Shown here: positions 1-8,699 of the stretch, in pieces
How the letters are laid out: every line of letters starts with the position of its first letter
How positions within the stretch are numbered: position 1 is the stretch's first letter
IMG/VR virus record: IMGVR_UViG_2619619129_000009
DNA: 30,853 bases
Direction: 5' to 3' (one strand)
From: a virus
Lineage: Duplodnaviria > Heunggongvirae > Uroviricota > Caudoviricetes
Program-made: the position numbers and the translations under genes
Notes under the pieces: generated by a model
What the model was told of the DNA's origin: nothing
What the model saw: the letters and a program-made list of their open reading frames with translations, nothing else
Database searches by the model: none

Positions 1-219
1 TCACATCCACATAATTTGCTGCCCTGACGGCAACGGGTGCGGCCTTACGGCGTGGACTTCTCCCGGCTTCACGATGTATCGCTGTACCGACTCATAAGTG
101 ATGAACGTGGCGCTGCAATTCACGTTCTGACACTGGTGATAACGCTCTTTTGTCGTGTCAGTGATATAGCGGCTTGTACGCGCATGTGCGGCATGCTGGC
201 ATAAAGGACAATGAAACAT
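1..219 (-). CDS. ogr: Ogr late-gene transcriptional activator (zinc-finger); true start at internal Met MFHCPLC, 72 aa
   Basis: ORF-track protein has C-x2-C...C-x4-C pattern (CPLCQH...CQNVNC); trimming the 21-aa extension gives the P2 Ogr length; sits after D as in P2. Confidence 0.85.
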   Translation of the reverse strand: MFHCPLCQHAAHARTSRYITDTTKERYHQCQNVNCSATFITYESVQRYIVKPGEVHAVRPHPLPSGQQIMWM

Positions 220-300
220 CGCGAGCACCTCTTCCGGTTTTGTTGATGGTGCCATTTTAGTTAATTTATCCTTATAAAACAAACAGATAAATAAAACACA

Positions 301-1464
301 TCATTCATCATCTTCTGTTTCGTACTCCACATCAGAAAGCCTGACCTCAAGCTCCAAGGACGTCGTGAAGCCGCTATTATTCAGAAAATGTGTCACCTTA
401 GTGATTGTCCAGTCCTGCTCGTCTATGACGCGCTTAAAGCCTGACACTTTAACCGGTGTTTCCGTGTAAATATCTGCCCGACCGGTAGCCAGGCTGATGG
501 AAAACTCCGCGACGCCCCGTTGCAGTTTGTCCCACTTCGCCTGAGCGGCGCGCATGGCCTGCGCTTTCGTGGCATATACCGTGGTCAGGGCAAAAACGTT
601 ATCAGCCTCACCGGCCATGTATTCACCTTCGCGCGCTTCCGGTACTTTTGGCGCTTTCTTCTGCGTGACCAGTTTCGCTTTCGGGTGCTCCAGTGCGCGC
701 AGGTGTTTCTCTTTCTTTTTGCGTTTCAGTTTTACCTTCTGCTTTTGCGGCTTCGGGTCTTTGGTGTGTAACCACTTTGCAGTTACGCCGGTGTAGGCTC
801 CACGATCAGCAATCGCAAAATGATGACGGTCGCCGTCGCTGCGGGTGATGGTAATCTGCGGGATTTTTTTACCGCTGGCCGTCCCCCCCTGCCCCGCTTT
901 GAGAAACAACAGTTTTCCCATTTTTACCGACACCTCACCGCCGTTGCGTTCAGCAAGGCGGGTCAGGAATTTCGCATCGGACTCCTGCGACTGGTCGATG
1001 TGTGGAATTTTTATTCCGGCCAGTGACGGAGCAACACTGGCTTCCAGCCTGTTACGGGAGGCTATCGCCTCAACAATCGCACCGAGCGTGGTGTCATGCC
1101 AGGAGCCTTCACGGCGGGAATTGAGCGTCCCGCGGAAATCTGCACTCCGGGCGCGGATGGTAACCACATCCGGCGCACCCCGGTGTTCAACCTCATCAAC
1201 GGTGAATTTCCCTTTGCATACCAGGGCAAAACCTTTCCAGCCGATATACACCGTCAGGACAGCGCCACGAACCGGCAGCCCGACCTGCCCGTCGGCATCG
1301 TTCAGTTCAATATCAAGCTGGTCAGCCTCAAAGCCCCGGTTATCCGTCAGGGTCATGCTCATCAGACGGTCACTGATATTGCCGGTAATATCCCTGCTGT
1401 CGAGCATCAGCATGTAATCCGGTGTCAGCGTACTGCCTGCATCAAATGTCAGCGCATCCAGCAT
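301..1464 (-). CDS. D: Tail protein D (late control gene D), 387 aa
   Basis: 387-aa ORF, same length and position (between U and ogr) as P2 gpD. Confidence 0.85.
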   Translation of the reverse strand: MLDALTFDAGSTLTPDYMLMLDSRDITGNISDRLMSMTLTDNRGFEADQLDIELNDADGQVGLPVRGAVLTVYIGWKGFALVCKGKFTVDEVEHRGAPDVVTIRARSADFRGTLNSRREGSWHDTTLGAIVEAIASRNRLEASVAPSLAGIKIPHIDQSQESDAKFLTRLAERNGGEVSVKMGKLLFLKAGQGGTASGKKIPQITITRSDGDRHHFAIADRGAYTGVTAKWLHTKDPKPQKQKVKLKRKKKEKHLRALEHPKAKLVTQKKAPKVPEAREGEYMAGEADNVFALTTVYATKAQAMRAAQAKWDKLQRGVAEFSISLATGRADIYTETPVKVSGFKRVIDEQDWTITKVTHFLNNSGFTTSLELEVRLSDVEYETEDDE

Positions 1465-1943
1465 TATCCCGCCCCCGTCATACCCGTGAATTTAGTCGCC
1501 ATACTGCCAGCCTTACCGATGAGCGATTCTGCCTGTTTACCGATATCGCCATAAAGCGCGGCCAGTGACTCATCAACGCGGGTGAGCGACAGCGTAAAAT
1601 CAATTTTCCGTGGTGTGCCGTCTGCAAAGAAAATACTCCCTGTTTCACTCACCCTGCTGATGACATACATGCCGTAAATCATGCCGGTGCCATCCAGCAA
1701 CGGCCACGCCCGGCCTTCCTCTGCCATCAGTCTGAGCGTGGTCATCGTCAGCTTGCCGCCGGTCAGTTCGGGATAAAGCACACCGGCAAGCGTGATGTTT
1801 TCCTCGCCAACACCGAGAAACTGAAAGGCATCCCGTTTACCGATACGGGAATTTGACGGCCAGCGATAATCTGATTCACGCTGCATGGTCTGGTGTGGCA
1901 GCGTCTGGCGCATAAAAACAAACATACCTAACGCGAGCATCAT
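1464..1943 (-). CDS. U: Tail protein U, 159 aa
   Basis: 159-aa ORF between T and D, as in P2; stop overlaps D start. Confidence 0.85.
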   Translation of the reverse strand: MMLALGMFVFMRQTLPHQTMQRESDYRWPSNSRIGKRDAFQFLGVGEENITLAGVLYPELTGGKLTMTTLRLMAEEGRAWPLLDGTGMIYGMYVISRVSETGSIFFADGTPRKIDFTLSLTRVDESLAALYGDIGKQAESLIGKAGSMATKFTGMTGAG

Positions 1944-1957
1944 TTTTCGTCACCTCC

Positions 1958-4405
1958 TTAACCGTCATGCATCATGCTGGCACGGGCGCGCGCACGTTTA
2001 TCCCGCTCGTATTTTTCGAGCGCATCCTGTAACTGGCGGTCAAGCTGTGTCCCCGGCGCAGTACCACCCGTCAGGCTGATGTGATATTCGTTTTTACTCT
2101 GGTCTACATAAGAGCGGCCAGCCGGTGCCGTGACCGGCTGATAAGCCTGATAGCCTGCATAAGAGCTGGTCGCCGGAATATAACTACCGCTGCCATACGT
2201 GGCGGCTTGAGTTCTGGCGGCGGTCTGGTCAAGTGTGTCTGACTCTTTGTTGATAACACCGAGTTTTTCCAGTACCCAGTCAATACCGCTGCGCAGTTTG
2301 TTGAACGCATTAAGCGGCAGCATCAGCGCGTCAGCCAGTGCCTGCCCGAACATGACGCCCGTGTCACGGCAACGGTTCAGGGTGTCCTGGGTGGCTTTGA
2401 CCGGGGCAATCAGGTTTTTAAACCACTGCCACGCGGCCTGTAACTTTTCACCCAGCCAGTCAAACACCGGTTTAAGTGGCGTGAACAGTTCCCCCACCGG
2501 CGCAAATGCCGCTTTCAGCCCTTCAACCACACCGCCAAAGAATGCGCTGACAGGCTCCCAGTATTTACGGATAAGCAACGCCCCGGCGACAATGGCGGCC
2601 ACCACGACCACAACCGGCCAGCTAATCGCCCCGATGGCCGTCATAACAGCACTGCCAACCGTCGTGAAGACTGCCCCCATTGCGCCTGCTGCCGCGATGA
2701 TGGCATTGATGCCAGTGATAACCGGCCAGGCTACAAGACCAATGGCACCGATGATGCCAGTAAGCGCCAGCGCGCCACCGGCAATGATGCCAATGGTTGA
2801 CGCCAGTGATTTGTTTTTCTGTATCCAGCCGTCGAGTTTTAACACATACTTTGTGGCCGTCTGTGTGAGCTTACGCAGTGCGCCTTCCTGCTGGTCAAAC
2901 AGGTCTGTCCCTACCGCCTCATAAGCGGACTGAAACTCCTTAAAGTCACCGCCGAGGTTGTCCTGCATGATATTTACCAGCTCGGCAGTCTTCCCGTCTG
3001 AGGCTTTAAACGCAGCGGTCAGTTTGTCCAGCTTTCCGGTTGAGGCGGCAGTCATCAGCACGGCGGCGGCTGAGCTGGCCTCCTCCCCGAAAATGGTTTT
3101 CATGTATTCAGCCTGCTGGGCAGTACCGAGCCGGTTTTTCTCAAAACTGGCCTGCATTTCTTTCAGAATGGTAAATATTGGTCGGGTATTCCCTTTACTG
3201 TCTGAGGTTTTCACGCCAAGCTCTTTCAGTGCATCCCATGCTTTTCCCGTCGGTGCCTGCAGGCGGCTTAACACGGCACGGCTTCCCGTCCCCGCCATTG
3301 AGCCTGTGATTTTTGCATCATGCAGCGCCCCGACCATTGCGGCGGTTTCTTCAATGCTGACACCGGCATTTTTTGCCACAGGTGCGGCATAGGTCAGCGC
3401 ATCGCTCATGCCGTCAAAATCGGCGGCGGTTTTGTTCATCGTCATGGAGAGAACATCCCCGATATGAGCGACCTTATCGTTTGAAAGCTGAAAGGCGGAT
3501 TTCATCCCCATCAGCAGGGCGGCGTTTTCTTCCATCGTGCGACGGTTTGCCAGCGCCATATTCAGCGTGACCGGCGTTGCCGCCTGAATGGCATCAACAT
3601 CCCCACCCGCTTTCGCGATGATAATCTGTGCACCGGCCGCATCATCCGCCGAGGCGGCGGTATTGTCGCCGAGCTGGCGCGCCTGCTTGCGTAGCGCGGT
3701 CATTTCGGCGGAGTCTTTTGCCACACCGAGCACAGCCTGTAATTCTGAGTTTTTCTGCGCAAACTCATAACCGGGCATCAGCAACTTAACTCCGGCCATC
3801 GTTCCCGCAGCAGCAATCCCCACACCGGCAGCGCCCACTGAGGCCATATTTCCGGCCAGCTCCTTTCCGGCCTGATAACGCTGTTTTACTGCGTTAAGTT
3901 TTGCCTGTTGCGCACTGACACGCGCCAGCGCATCACGCTGACGGTTAAGCTGTGTGGTGGTTTCACTGATACGGTTTTTCAGTCCCTGCTCATCATGTGC
4001 AAGATTGCGGGTATTAATTCCCACAACGGCCAGTTCCCGCTGCTGGCGTTTAACGGAATCCGTCAGGCGGTTATATTTCGCCTGTAAGTCCTCCGCCGCA
4101 CGCTTTGCGGATTCCAGCACTTTCGCCTGAGCACGTGTCGGACGTTCGGTGTTTTTAAACTGTGTGGCAAGGGCTTCGGCCTCCTGCCGTGCCTTTTCAA
4201 GTGCATGACCAGTCACGGCGAGCTGTGCACTGGTCTTGCGAAATCCCTCAATACGGGATGCCTGACCGTTCAGCTCGCGCAGTGATTTTTGTGTTTCCCG
4301 GATATCCCCCGACAGCGATTTGCTCGCTGTGCGGATGGATTTAAACGGGCGGGATGCCTGGTCAACAGCCCTGAGCAATACCTGTAATTTTACATTGTTA
4401 CTCAT
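1958..4405 (-). CDS. T: Tail tape measure protein T, 815 aa
   Basis: 815-aa ORF with coiled-coil N-terminus and Gly/Ala-rich hydrophobic centre typical of tape measure; same length as P2 gpT; follows E/E'. Confidence 0.9.
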   Translation of the reverse strand: MSNNVKLQVLLRAVDQASRPFKSIRTASKSLSGDIRETQKSLRELNGQASRIEGFRKTSAQLAVTGHALEKARQEAEALATQFKNTERPTRAQAKVLESAKRAAEDLQAKYNRLTDSVKRQQRELAVVGINTRNLAHDEQGLKNRISETTTQLNRQRDALARVSAQQAKLNAVKQRYQAGKELAGNMASVGAAGVGIAAAGTMAGVKLLMPGYEFAQKNSELQAVLGVAKDSAEMTALRKQARQLGDNTAASADDAAGAQIIIAKAGGDVDAIQAATPVTLNMALANRRTMEENAALLMGMKSAFQLSNDKVAHIGDVLSMTMNKTAADFDGMSDALTYAAPVAKNAGVSIEETAAMVGALHDAKITGSMAGTGSRAVLSRLQAPTGKAWDALKELGVKTSDSKGNTRPIFTILKEMQASFEKNRLGTAQQAEYMKTIFGEEASSAAAVLMTAASTGKLDKLTAAFKASDGKTAELVNIMQDNLGGDFKEFQSAYEAVGTDLFDQQEGALRKLTQTATKYVLKLDGWIQKNKSLASTIGIIAGGALALTGIIGAIGLVAWPVITGINAIIAAAGAMGAVFTTVGSAVMTAIGAISWPVVVVVAAIVAGALLIRKYWEPVSAFFGGVVEGLKAAFAPVGELFTPLKPVFDWLGEKLQAAWQWFKNLIAPVKATQDTLNRCRDTGVMFGQALADALMLPLNAFNKLRSGIDWVLEKLGVINKESDTLDQTAARTQAATYGSGSYIPATSSYAGYQAYQPVTAPAGRSYVDQSKNEYHISLTGGTAPGTQLDRQLQDALEKYERDKRARARASMMHDG

Positions 4406-4825
4406 TCGTGTTTCCGCTTCGCCGGAGCGCCTTTTCGCGCCATGTGATGAGTTCGGTCAGGCTCATGGGATACAGTTCTGATGGCGGCCAGTGAAATATC
4501 ACTGCCACATCTGCCATCAGGTCATCGACCGACAGATTTTTCGGAAACGTCACTGCACCGAGTTCGGCGACAAAAAACCGACCACCTTACCGGCCAGCGC
4601 CACAAGGTCAGGCAGTTCCAGCGCGGCGACTTCCTGCTCGGTCAGCATCGGTGCCGTCATGCGCGGCAGCACTTTAATCAGTGCATCGACTTCGGAGTTT
4701 GCAACCGCAGCCAGACTGACACCGCGCAGCGTCCCGGCATTGGGTTTCATCAGCGTGACCTGTTCGATAACCTGCTCACCACGTTTGACCGGATTGTCCA
4801 GGGTAATGACATTTTCTTTGTTCAT
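4398..4825 (-). CDS. E': Tail assembly chaperone E+E' produced by programmed -1 ribosomal frameshift, predicted 142 aa
   Basis: Manual translation: slipping -1 at minus-strand GGT TTT TTG (4571-4579) gives an open frame to TAA at 4398-4400, total 142 aa, the length I recall for P2 E+E'; the E' stop overlaps the T start. Confidence 0.75.
4550..4825 (-). CDS. E: Tail assembly chaperone E, 91 aa
   Basis: 91-aa ORF directly upstream of T; contains the TTTTTTG slippery site near its 3' end. Confidence 0.85.
   Translation of the reverse strand: MNKENVITLDNPVKRGEQVIEQVTLMKPNAGTLRGVSLAAVANSEVDALIKVLPRMTAPMLTEQEVAALELPDLVALAGKVVGFLSPNSVQ
4571..4577 (-). other. Slippery heptamer TTTTTTG for the E/E' -1 frameshift
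   Basis: Plus strand reads caaaaaa at 4571-4577, i.e. TTTTTTG on the minus strand, in frame with E codons F-L. Confidence 0.75.
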
Positions 4826-4881
4826 GGTTTTCTCACTTCTGAATCGGGGTTAACCGGTCAGCCAGGCTGACCGGATGAAAA

Positions 4882-5400
4882 TCACAGGCCGATATTGCGG
4901 CGGTGTTGCTCCAGCCGGTCGACGCCGTTCACCTTCTCAATCATGTTGATGGTGTCGATTTCGACCAGCTCCTTACCGTCCATCGTCAGCCGGAAATAGG
5001 TGCAGACCACGGAGATTTTCGACTCGGTGTCTTCTCCCTGTTTACCCTCGCCGGTGTCGATTTCTTTCTGACGTCCACGCATGACCACTTCGACGGCCAC
5101 CGTTTCGCCGGTATCGTCGCGCTGGTAAGAGCCTGCAAAACGAATCGGCACGGCATCCACACCGGTTGCGGCGTAAAGCTCCCAGATAACCGAATCCGGG
5201 AAACCACCGAGCGACCACTCCATTGACAGCGCATCGTCATCAAGGCCGAGATCTACCGGTGCGCTGCCGTTCATCCCCGCACCGCGATAGTTTTCGAGCT
5301 TACGGGTCAGTTTTGGCAGCGTGACGGACTTCGCGACGCCCTGATAGCTGTAGCCGTTCAGAAAGACGTTCATTAACTTGAGTTTGCGCGGCATTGCCAT
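4882..5400 (-). CDS. FII: Tail tube protein FII, 172 aa
   Basis: 172-aa ORF after FI, matching P2 gpFII length and order. Confidence 0.85.
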   Translation of the reverse strand: MAMPRKLKLMNVFLNGYSYQGVAKSVTLPKLTRKLENYRGAGMNGSAPVDLGLDDDALSMEWSLGGFPDSVIWELYAATGVDAVPIRFAGSYQRDDTGETVAVEVVMRGRQKEIDTGEGKQGEDTESKISVVCTYFRLTMDGKELVEIDTINMIEKVNGVDRLEQHRRNIGL

Positions 5401-5412
5401 CGGTCAGGCTCC

Positions 5413-6603
5413 TTAATTGCTGTTAACCGAGGTGACCAGATTTGCCAGGTATTTATCGGTAATACGCTGGCGCAGGGTCAGGTTTTCAAGAGGAGGCACC
5501 GGTGTATAGTCGTAGTCGATATACAGTTTTCCGGCCTTGAGGGTTTCCGCATCGTTGGATTCTTCGCTGAACCAGCAGGTCGCATCCACAATATAGCCGT
5601 TTGTTTTCAGCTCACGGAATTTGGCATTGATGCCGTCAACGATGTCGCGAATCAGCGTTGCAGTGATGGGCTTGTCCACAGCCCACATGTGCGCCTCAGC
5701 CATCGTGTCGGCCAGCACCTGCGCGGTGCGGGTGTAGTTTTCAAAGAGGAACAGCGGGTCATCAGAGCAGGTACGGTTACCCCAGAAGCGGAAACCGTCA
5801 CGGCGAATCAGCGTTGTGACACCTGACTCGTTCAACAGGTCAGCATCAGTGCCGGACTCCTGCAAATCCCAGAATACAGAGGCACTGATGCCGGTAACAC
5901 CGTTTACCCCGACATTGGACAGCGTTTTATGCCAGCCCTGCTCCTGGTCGATTTTAGCGCGCAGACCCAGCGCACGGGCGGTGGCATACGCGGTGGCGGT
6001 GGTACTGGTGACCGTATCCCATGCGAGGAAATCCGGCCAGATGACCATCAGCTCACGCTGGCTGAAATTCTGGCGGTAAGCTTTCACCTCGGAAATGGTT
6101 TTACAGCCCCATGCGCTGATATATCCGAAAGCGCGCAGCTTCTGACAGACTGATGCCAGTGCAACAGCCACCTCTTTGGTATCCAGTCCCGGCACACCAA
6201 GAATACGCGGTTTAACACCGGTTACCGACTCCGCCGCCAGCAGGGCTTTCAGTCCGGTGTACTGACCGTTTTCGTCAGTGGTGCCGATGATATTGGAAAC
6301 GGTCTGCGCGAGTTTCGCTTCCTCGTCGTCGCCGGTGCCGTCTTCCACACGCACGACAACGGTGACCGGTTTTGACTGGTCGGCGATGGCCTGCAACGAT
6401 ACCGCCAGCGTGCCTTTTTTACCGGCCTTTGCAATTGCGCTCTGCACATTGGTAATCAGCACCGGTTTATTGAGGGGGAAGGTTTCCGCATCCGCATCGC
6501 TGGCCGTGCAGACCATGCCGACAATGGCGGTGGATACGGTGGAAATGACGCGGGTGCCGTCGTTAATCTCCAGCACCTGCACGCCGTGATGATAGTCACT
6601 CAT
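5413..6603 (-). CDS. FI: Contractile tail sheath protein FI, 396 aa
   Basis: 396-aa ORF, matching P2 gpFI length and position. Confidence 0.9.
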   Translation of the reverse strand: MSDYHHGVQVLEINDGTRVISTVSTAIVGMVCTASDADAETFPLNKPVLITNVQSAIAKAGKKGTLAVSLQAIADQSKPVTVVVRVEDGTGDDEEAKLAQTVSNIIGTTDENGQYTGLKALLAAESVTGVKPRILGVPGLDTKEVAVALASVCQKLRAFGYISAWGCKTISEVKAYRQNFSQRELMVIWPDFLAWDTVTSTTATAYATARALGLRAKIDQEQGWHKTLSNVGVNGVTGISASVFWDLQESGTDADLLNESGVTTLIRRDGFRFWGNRTCSDDPLFLFENYTRTAQVLADTMAEAHMWAVDKPITATLIRDIVDGINAKFRELKTNGYIVDATCWFSEESNDAETLKAGKLYIDYDYTPVPPLENLTLRQRITDKYLANLVTSVNSN

Positions 6604-6662
6604 CCGTTTAACTCCGTGGTTAATGGGTGAGTGATATTTTCAGTTGTGCCGGAGATGTCAGG

Positions 6663-7262
6663 CTATTTGTCCCGGTTGGCTAAGGGATGACACAATTTAT
6701 TTTTTGTCACGGAGGCGGGGAATTTTTTATAGAGCGTGGACAGGCCAATATCAAAAATCAGTGCCACGCGTTGACGTGATTCCCCTGCAGCCAACAACCG
6801 CCCGGCCTGCTCCCACTCACTCGCGGTGAGTTTCGGACGTCTGCCATCAATACGACCTTTAGCTCTGGCCGCTTCCAGTCCGGCGCGAGTCCGCTCGACA
6901 ATGAGTTCTCGTTCCATTTCAGCCAGGGCACCCATCACATGAAAGAAAAAACGTCCCATCGGCGTGCTGGTATCAATGGCATCCGTCAGGCTGCGAAAAT
7001 TAACGCCGCGTTCGCGCAGTTCCTCAACCAGAATGACCAGATGCCGCATACTACGCCCCAGCCTGTCCAGCTTCCAGACCACCAGAGTGTCACCTGCTGA
7101 TAATGTTCTGAGCAGTTTTTTCAGTCCCGGTCGGTCGGACTTCGTGCCGCTGATTTTATCCTCAAAAATCAGTTCACATCCTGCACACTCCAGCGCATTA
7201 CGCTGCAATTCCGTGTTCTGGTCATTTGTTGACACGCGTACATAGCCAATAAGCATGAGCAT
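6663..7262 (-). CDS. Site-specific DNA invertase, serine recombinase of the Hin/Gin/Cin/Pin family
   Basis: N-terminus LIGYVRVSTNDQN...L.RLGRS is the resolvase/invertase catalytic signature with the active-site Ser in VRVSTNDQ; C-terminal HTH; lies next to an invertible tail-fibre segment. Confidence 0.85.
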   Translation of the reverse strand: MLMLIGYVRVSTNDQNTELQRNALECAGCELIFEDKISGTKSDRPGLKKLLRTLSAGDTLVVWKLDRLGRSMRHLVILVEELRERGVNFRSLTDAIDTSTPMGRFFFHVMGALAEMERELIVERTRAGLEAARAKGRIDGRRPKLTASEWEQAGRLLAAGESRQRVALIFDIGLSTLYKKFPASVTKNKLCHPLANRDK

Positions 7263-7311
7263 CCCCCTGAATAAAAACCGGAGATGATGCCAGTTGCCCG
7301 TTATCTCTGCA

Positions 7312-7337
7312 TTTTCATAAACGTTGGTTTAGGAGAA
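7312..7337. repeat. Left 26-bp inversion crossover site (hix/gix-like)
   Basis: TTTTCATAAACGTTGGTTTAGGAGAA resembles the hix/gix pattern (...AAACC..GGTTT...); matches the reverse complement of the right site at 19 of 26 positions. Confidence 0.6.
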
Positions 7338-7682
7338 GCGGCGAAAAGGGATGTGGGCACAGGAGATAATCAGATACCGGATATGGGAGCATTCGCTTCT
7401 GGTTCGGGATGGTTCAGGCTACCAGGTGGATATATTGTTCAGTTTGGCACTTTTTCAGGAAACACGACCCGCTTTATCAGTGGACACTTCCCTATACCAT
7501 TCCCTAATCAGCCGATGGTTTCAGTCAGTGTTATGTCTGATGCCGTTCAGTCAGACCCGTCGAATCCTGCCCAGCAGGTTTTGTCTGTAAATTTTGAACA
7601 TATCAGTAATTCAGCGTGGCGTGTGGCAACCAGTGATATCTCACAGCAATACAGATTCAGTTATATTTCGATAGGACGGTAG
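7338..7682 (+). CDS. Alternative tail-fibre C-terminal module (Sv'-like), silent in this orientation; expressed only after inversion fuses it to the constant part of H
   Basis: Open frame continuing from the left crossover site; shares the L-G-E codons at the crossover with H; followed by its own assembly chaperone. Confidence 0.55.
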   Translation, partial: AAKRDVGTGDNQIPDMGAFASGSGWFRLPGGYIVQFGTFSGNTTRFISGHFPIPFPNQPMVSVSVMSDAVQSDPSNPAQQVLSVNFEHISNSAWRVATSDISQQYRFSYISIGR

Positions 7683-7684
7683 AA

Positions 7685-8125
7685 ATGCAGAAATATATTT
7701 TCAGTGCCGATAAAAATGCGTTTTTCCCTGTGGAGCTTAAAATCGCTTATCAGGAATCCGGCGAATGGCCCGATGATGGAATCGAAATTGACGACACTGT
7801 TGCCGCCGAATTTATGAAGGAAGCACCAGAAGGAAAATACAGAGGTGTCATCGACGGAATGCCAGCATGGATTGATATTCCACCGCCAACTCATGAGGAA
7901 CAAATTGCCGCAGCCGAACTGGAAAAGCAGCAATTGATTAATCAGGTCAACGAATACATAAACAGTAAGCAATGGCCTGGTAAAGCGGCGATTGGTCGCC
8001 TGAAAGGTGAGGAACTGGCGCAATATAATTTGTGGCTGGATTATCTGGACGCACTGGAGCTGGTCGATACTTCCGGTGCGCCAGATATTGAATGGCCTAC
8101 GCCTCCGGCAGTTCAGGCCAGATGA
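7685..8125 (+). CDS. Tail fibre assembly protein (Tfa/U'-like), partner of the alternative fibre module
   Basis: 146-aa ORF whose C-terminus (WLDYLDALELVDTSGAPDIEWPTPP) parallels the C-terminus of the opposite-strand Tfa (VLDYIDAVTATDTSTAPDVIWPELP). Confidence 0.75.
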   Translation: MQKYIFSADKNAFFPVELKIAYQESGEWPDDGIEIDDTVAAEFMKEAPEGKYRGVIDGMPAWIDIPPPTHEEQIAAAELEKQQLINQVNEYINSKQWPGKAAIGRLKGEELAQYNLWLDYLDALELVDTSGAPDIEWPTPPAVQAR

Positions 8126-8699
8126 CGTCCGGCGCTGTGCTGGTATCTGTTGCCGTCACCGCGTCAATATAATCCAGCACAGCGTTAAGTCGGGTGTTTT
8201 CTGGCTGCGTCAGCTTCCGCCCGGCCTGTAATTTCAGTTGAATCAGACTGATGGAAGCCATTGCAGCATCAATCAGCGACTGGCGCTGTGCTTCTGCCGC
8301 TTCTACTGCGGCGCTATGCTGTGCCTCGGTATCCGTCACCCATTTCTCACCATCCCATTTATCGTATGGCGTTAATGGGGCGATAGTGGTTGTATTTTCA
8401 GGGTAATCACCCGGAACTGTGATTTCTTTGGTATCTCCCGTTTCGGTACTATAGACAACTTCACCGCGATGGTCTGGCACATATTCCCATGAATTTAAAT
8501 CTACAGAGCGACAGATTGCATAACCAGCTTTATGTGTACCTGGTGCATCCAAACAGGAACATGCCGGGATACCGACGCCGACAGCGAGATATTCAGTTGA
8601 TGTAGAAATATATTCCCGCGTTTCGCCATCATAGTTATGTACGATGATTTCCCCATCATTTAAAGCGTAACCGTCTTTTCCCAAAATAGCCTGTTCCAT
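8097..8699 (-). CDS. G: Tail fibre assembly protein G (Tfa), 200 aa
   Basis: Immediately downstream of H on the same strand; conserved Tfa C-terminal motif. Confidence 0.8.
   Translation of the reverse strand: MEQAILGKDGYALNDGEIIVHNYDGETREYISTSTEYLAVGVGIPACSCLDAPGTHKAGYAICRSVDLNSWEYVPDHRGEVVYSTETGDTKEITVPGDYPENTTTIAPLTPYDKWDGEKWVTDTEAQHSAAVEAAEAQRQSLIDAAMASISLIQLKLQAGRKLTQPENTRLNAVLDYIDAVTATDTSTAPDVIWPELPEA

Noticed and set aside
220-282. N-terminal 21-aa extension of the ogr ORF
   Set aside because: The internal Met gives the recalled 72-aa Ogr with the zinc finger near the N-terminus; the extension is probably just upstream open frame.
520-1554. Plus-strand ORFs of 68-190 aa (520-771, 554-796, 820-1026, 845-1417, 1096-1554)
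   Set aside because: All are antisense to gene D, which is strongly supported by length and synteny; no RBS or independent evidence.
2235-2924. 229-aa plus-strand ORF, and several others (2958-3392, 3373-3570, 3588-3770, 4162-4344)
   Set aside because: Lie antisense inside the 815-aa tape measure gene T; low-complexity Ala/Ser/Pro-rich translations typical of shadow ORFs in GC-rich coding DNA.
4481-4870. Plus-strand 129-aa and 120-aa ORFs
   Set aside because: Antisense to E/E'; the minus-strand frameshifted reading explains this region.
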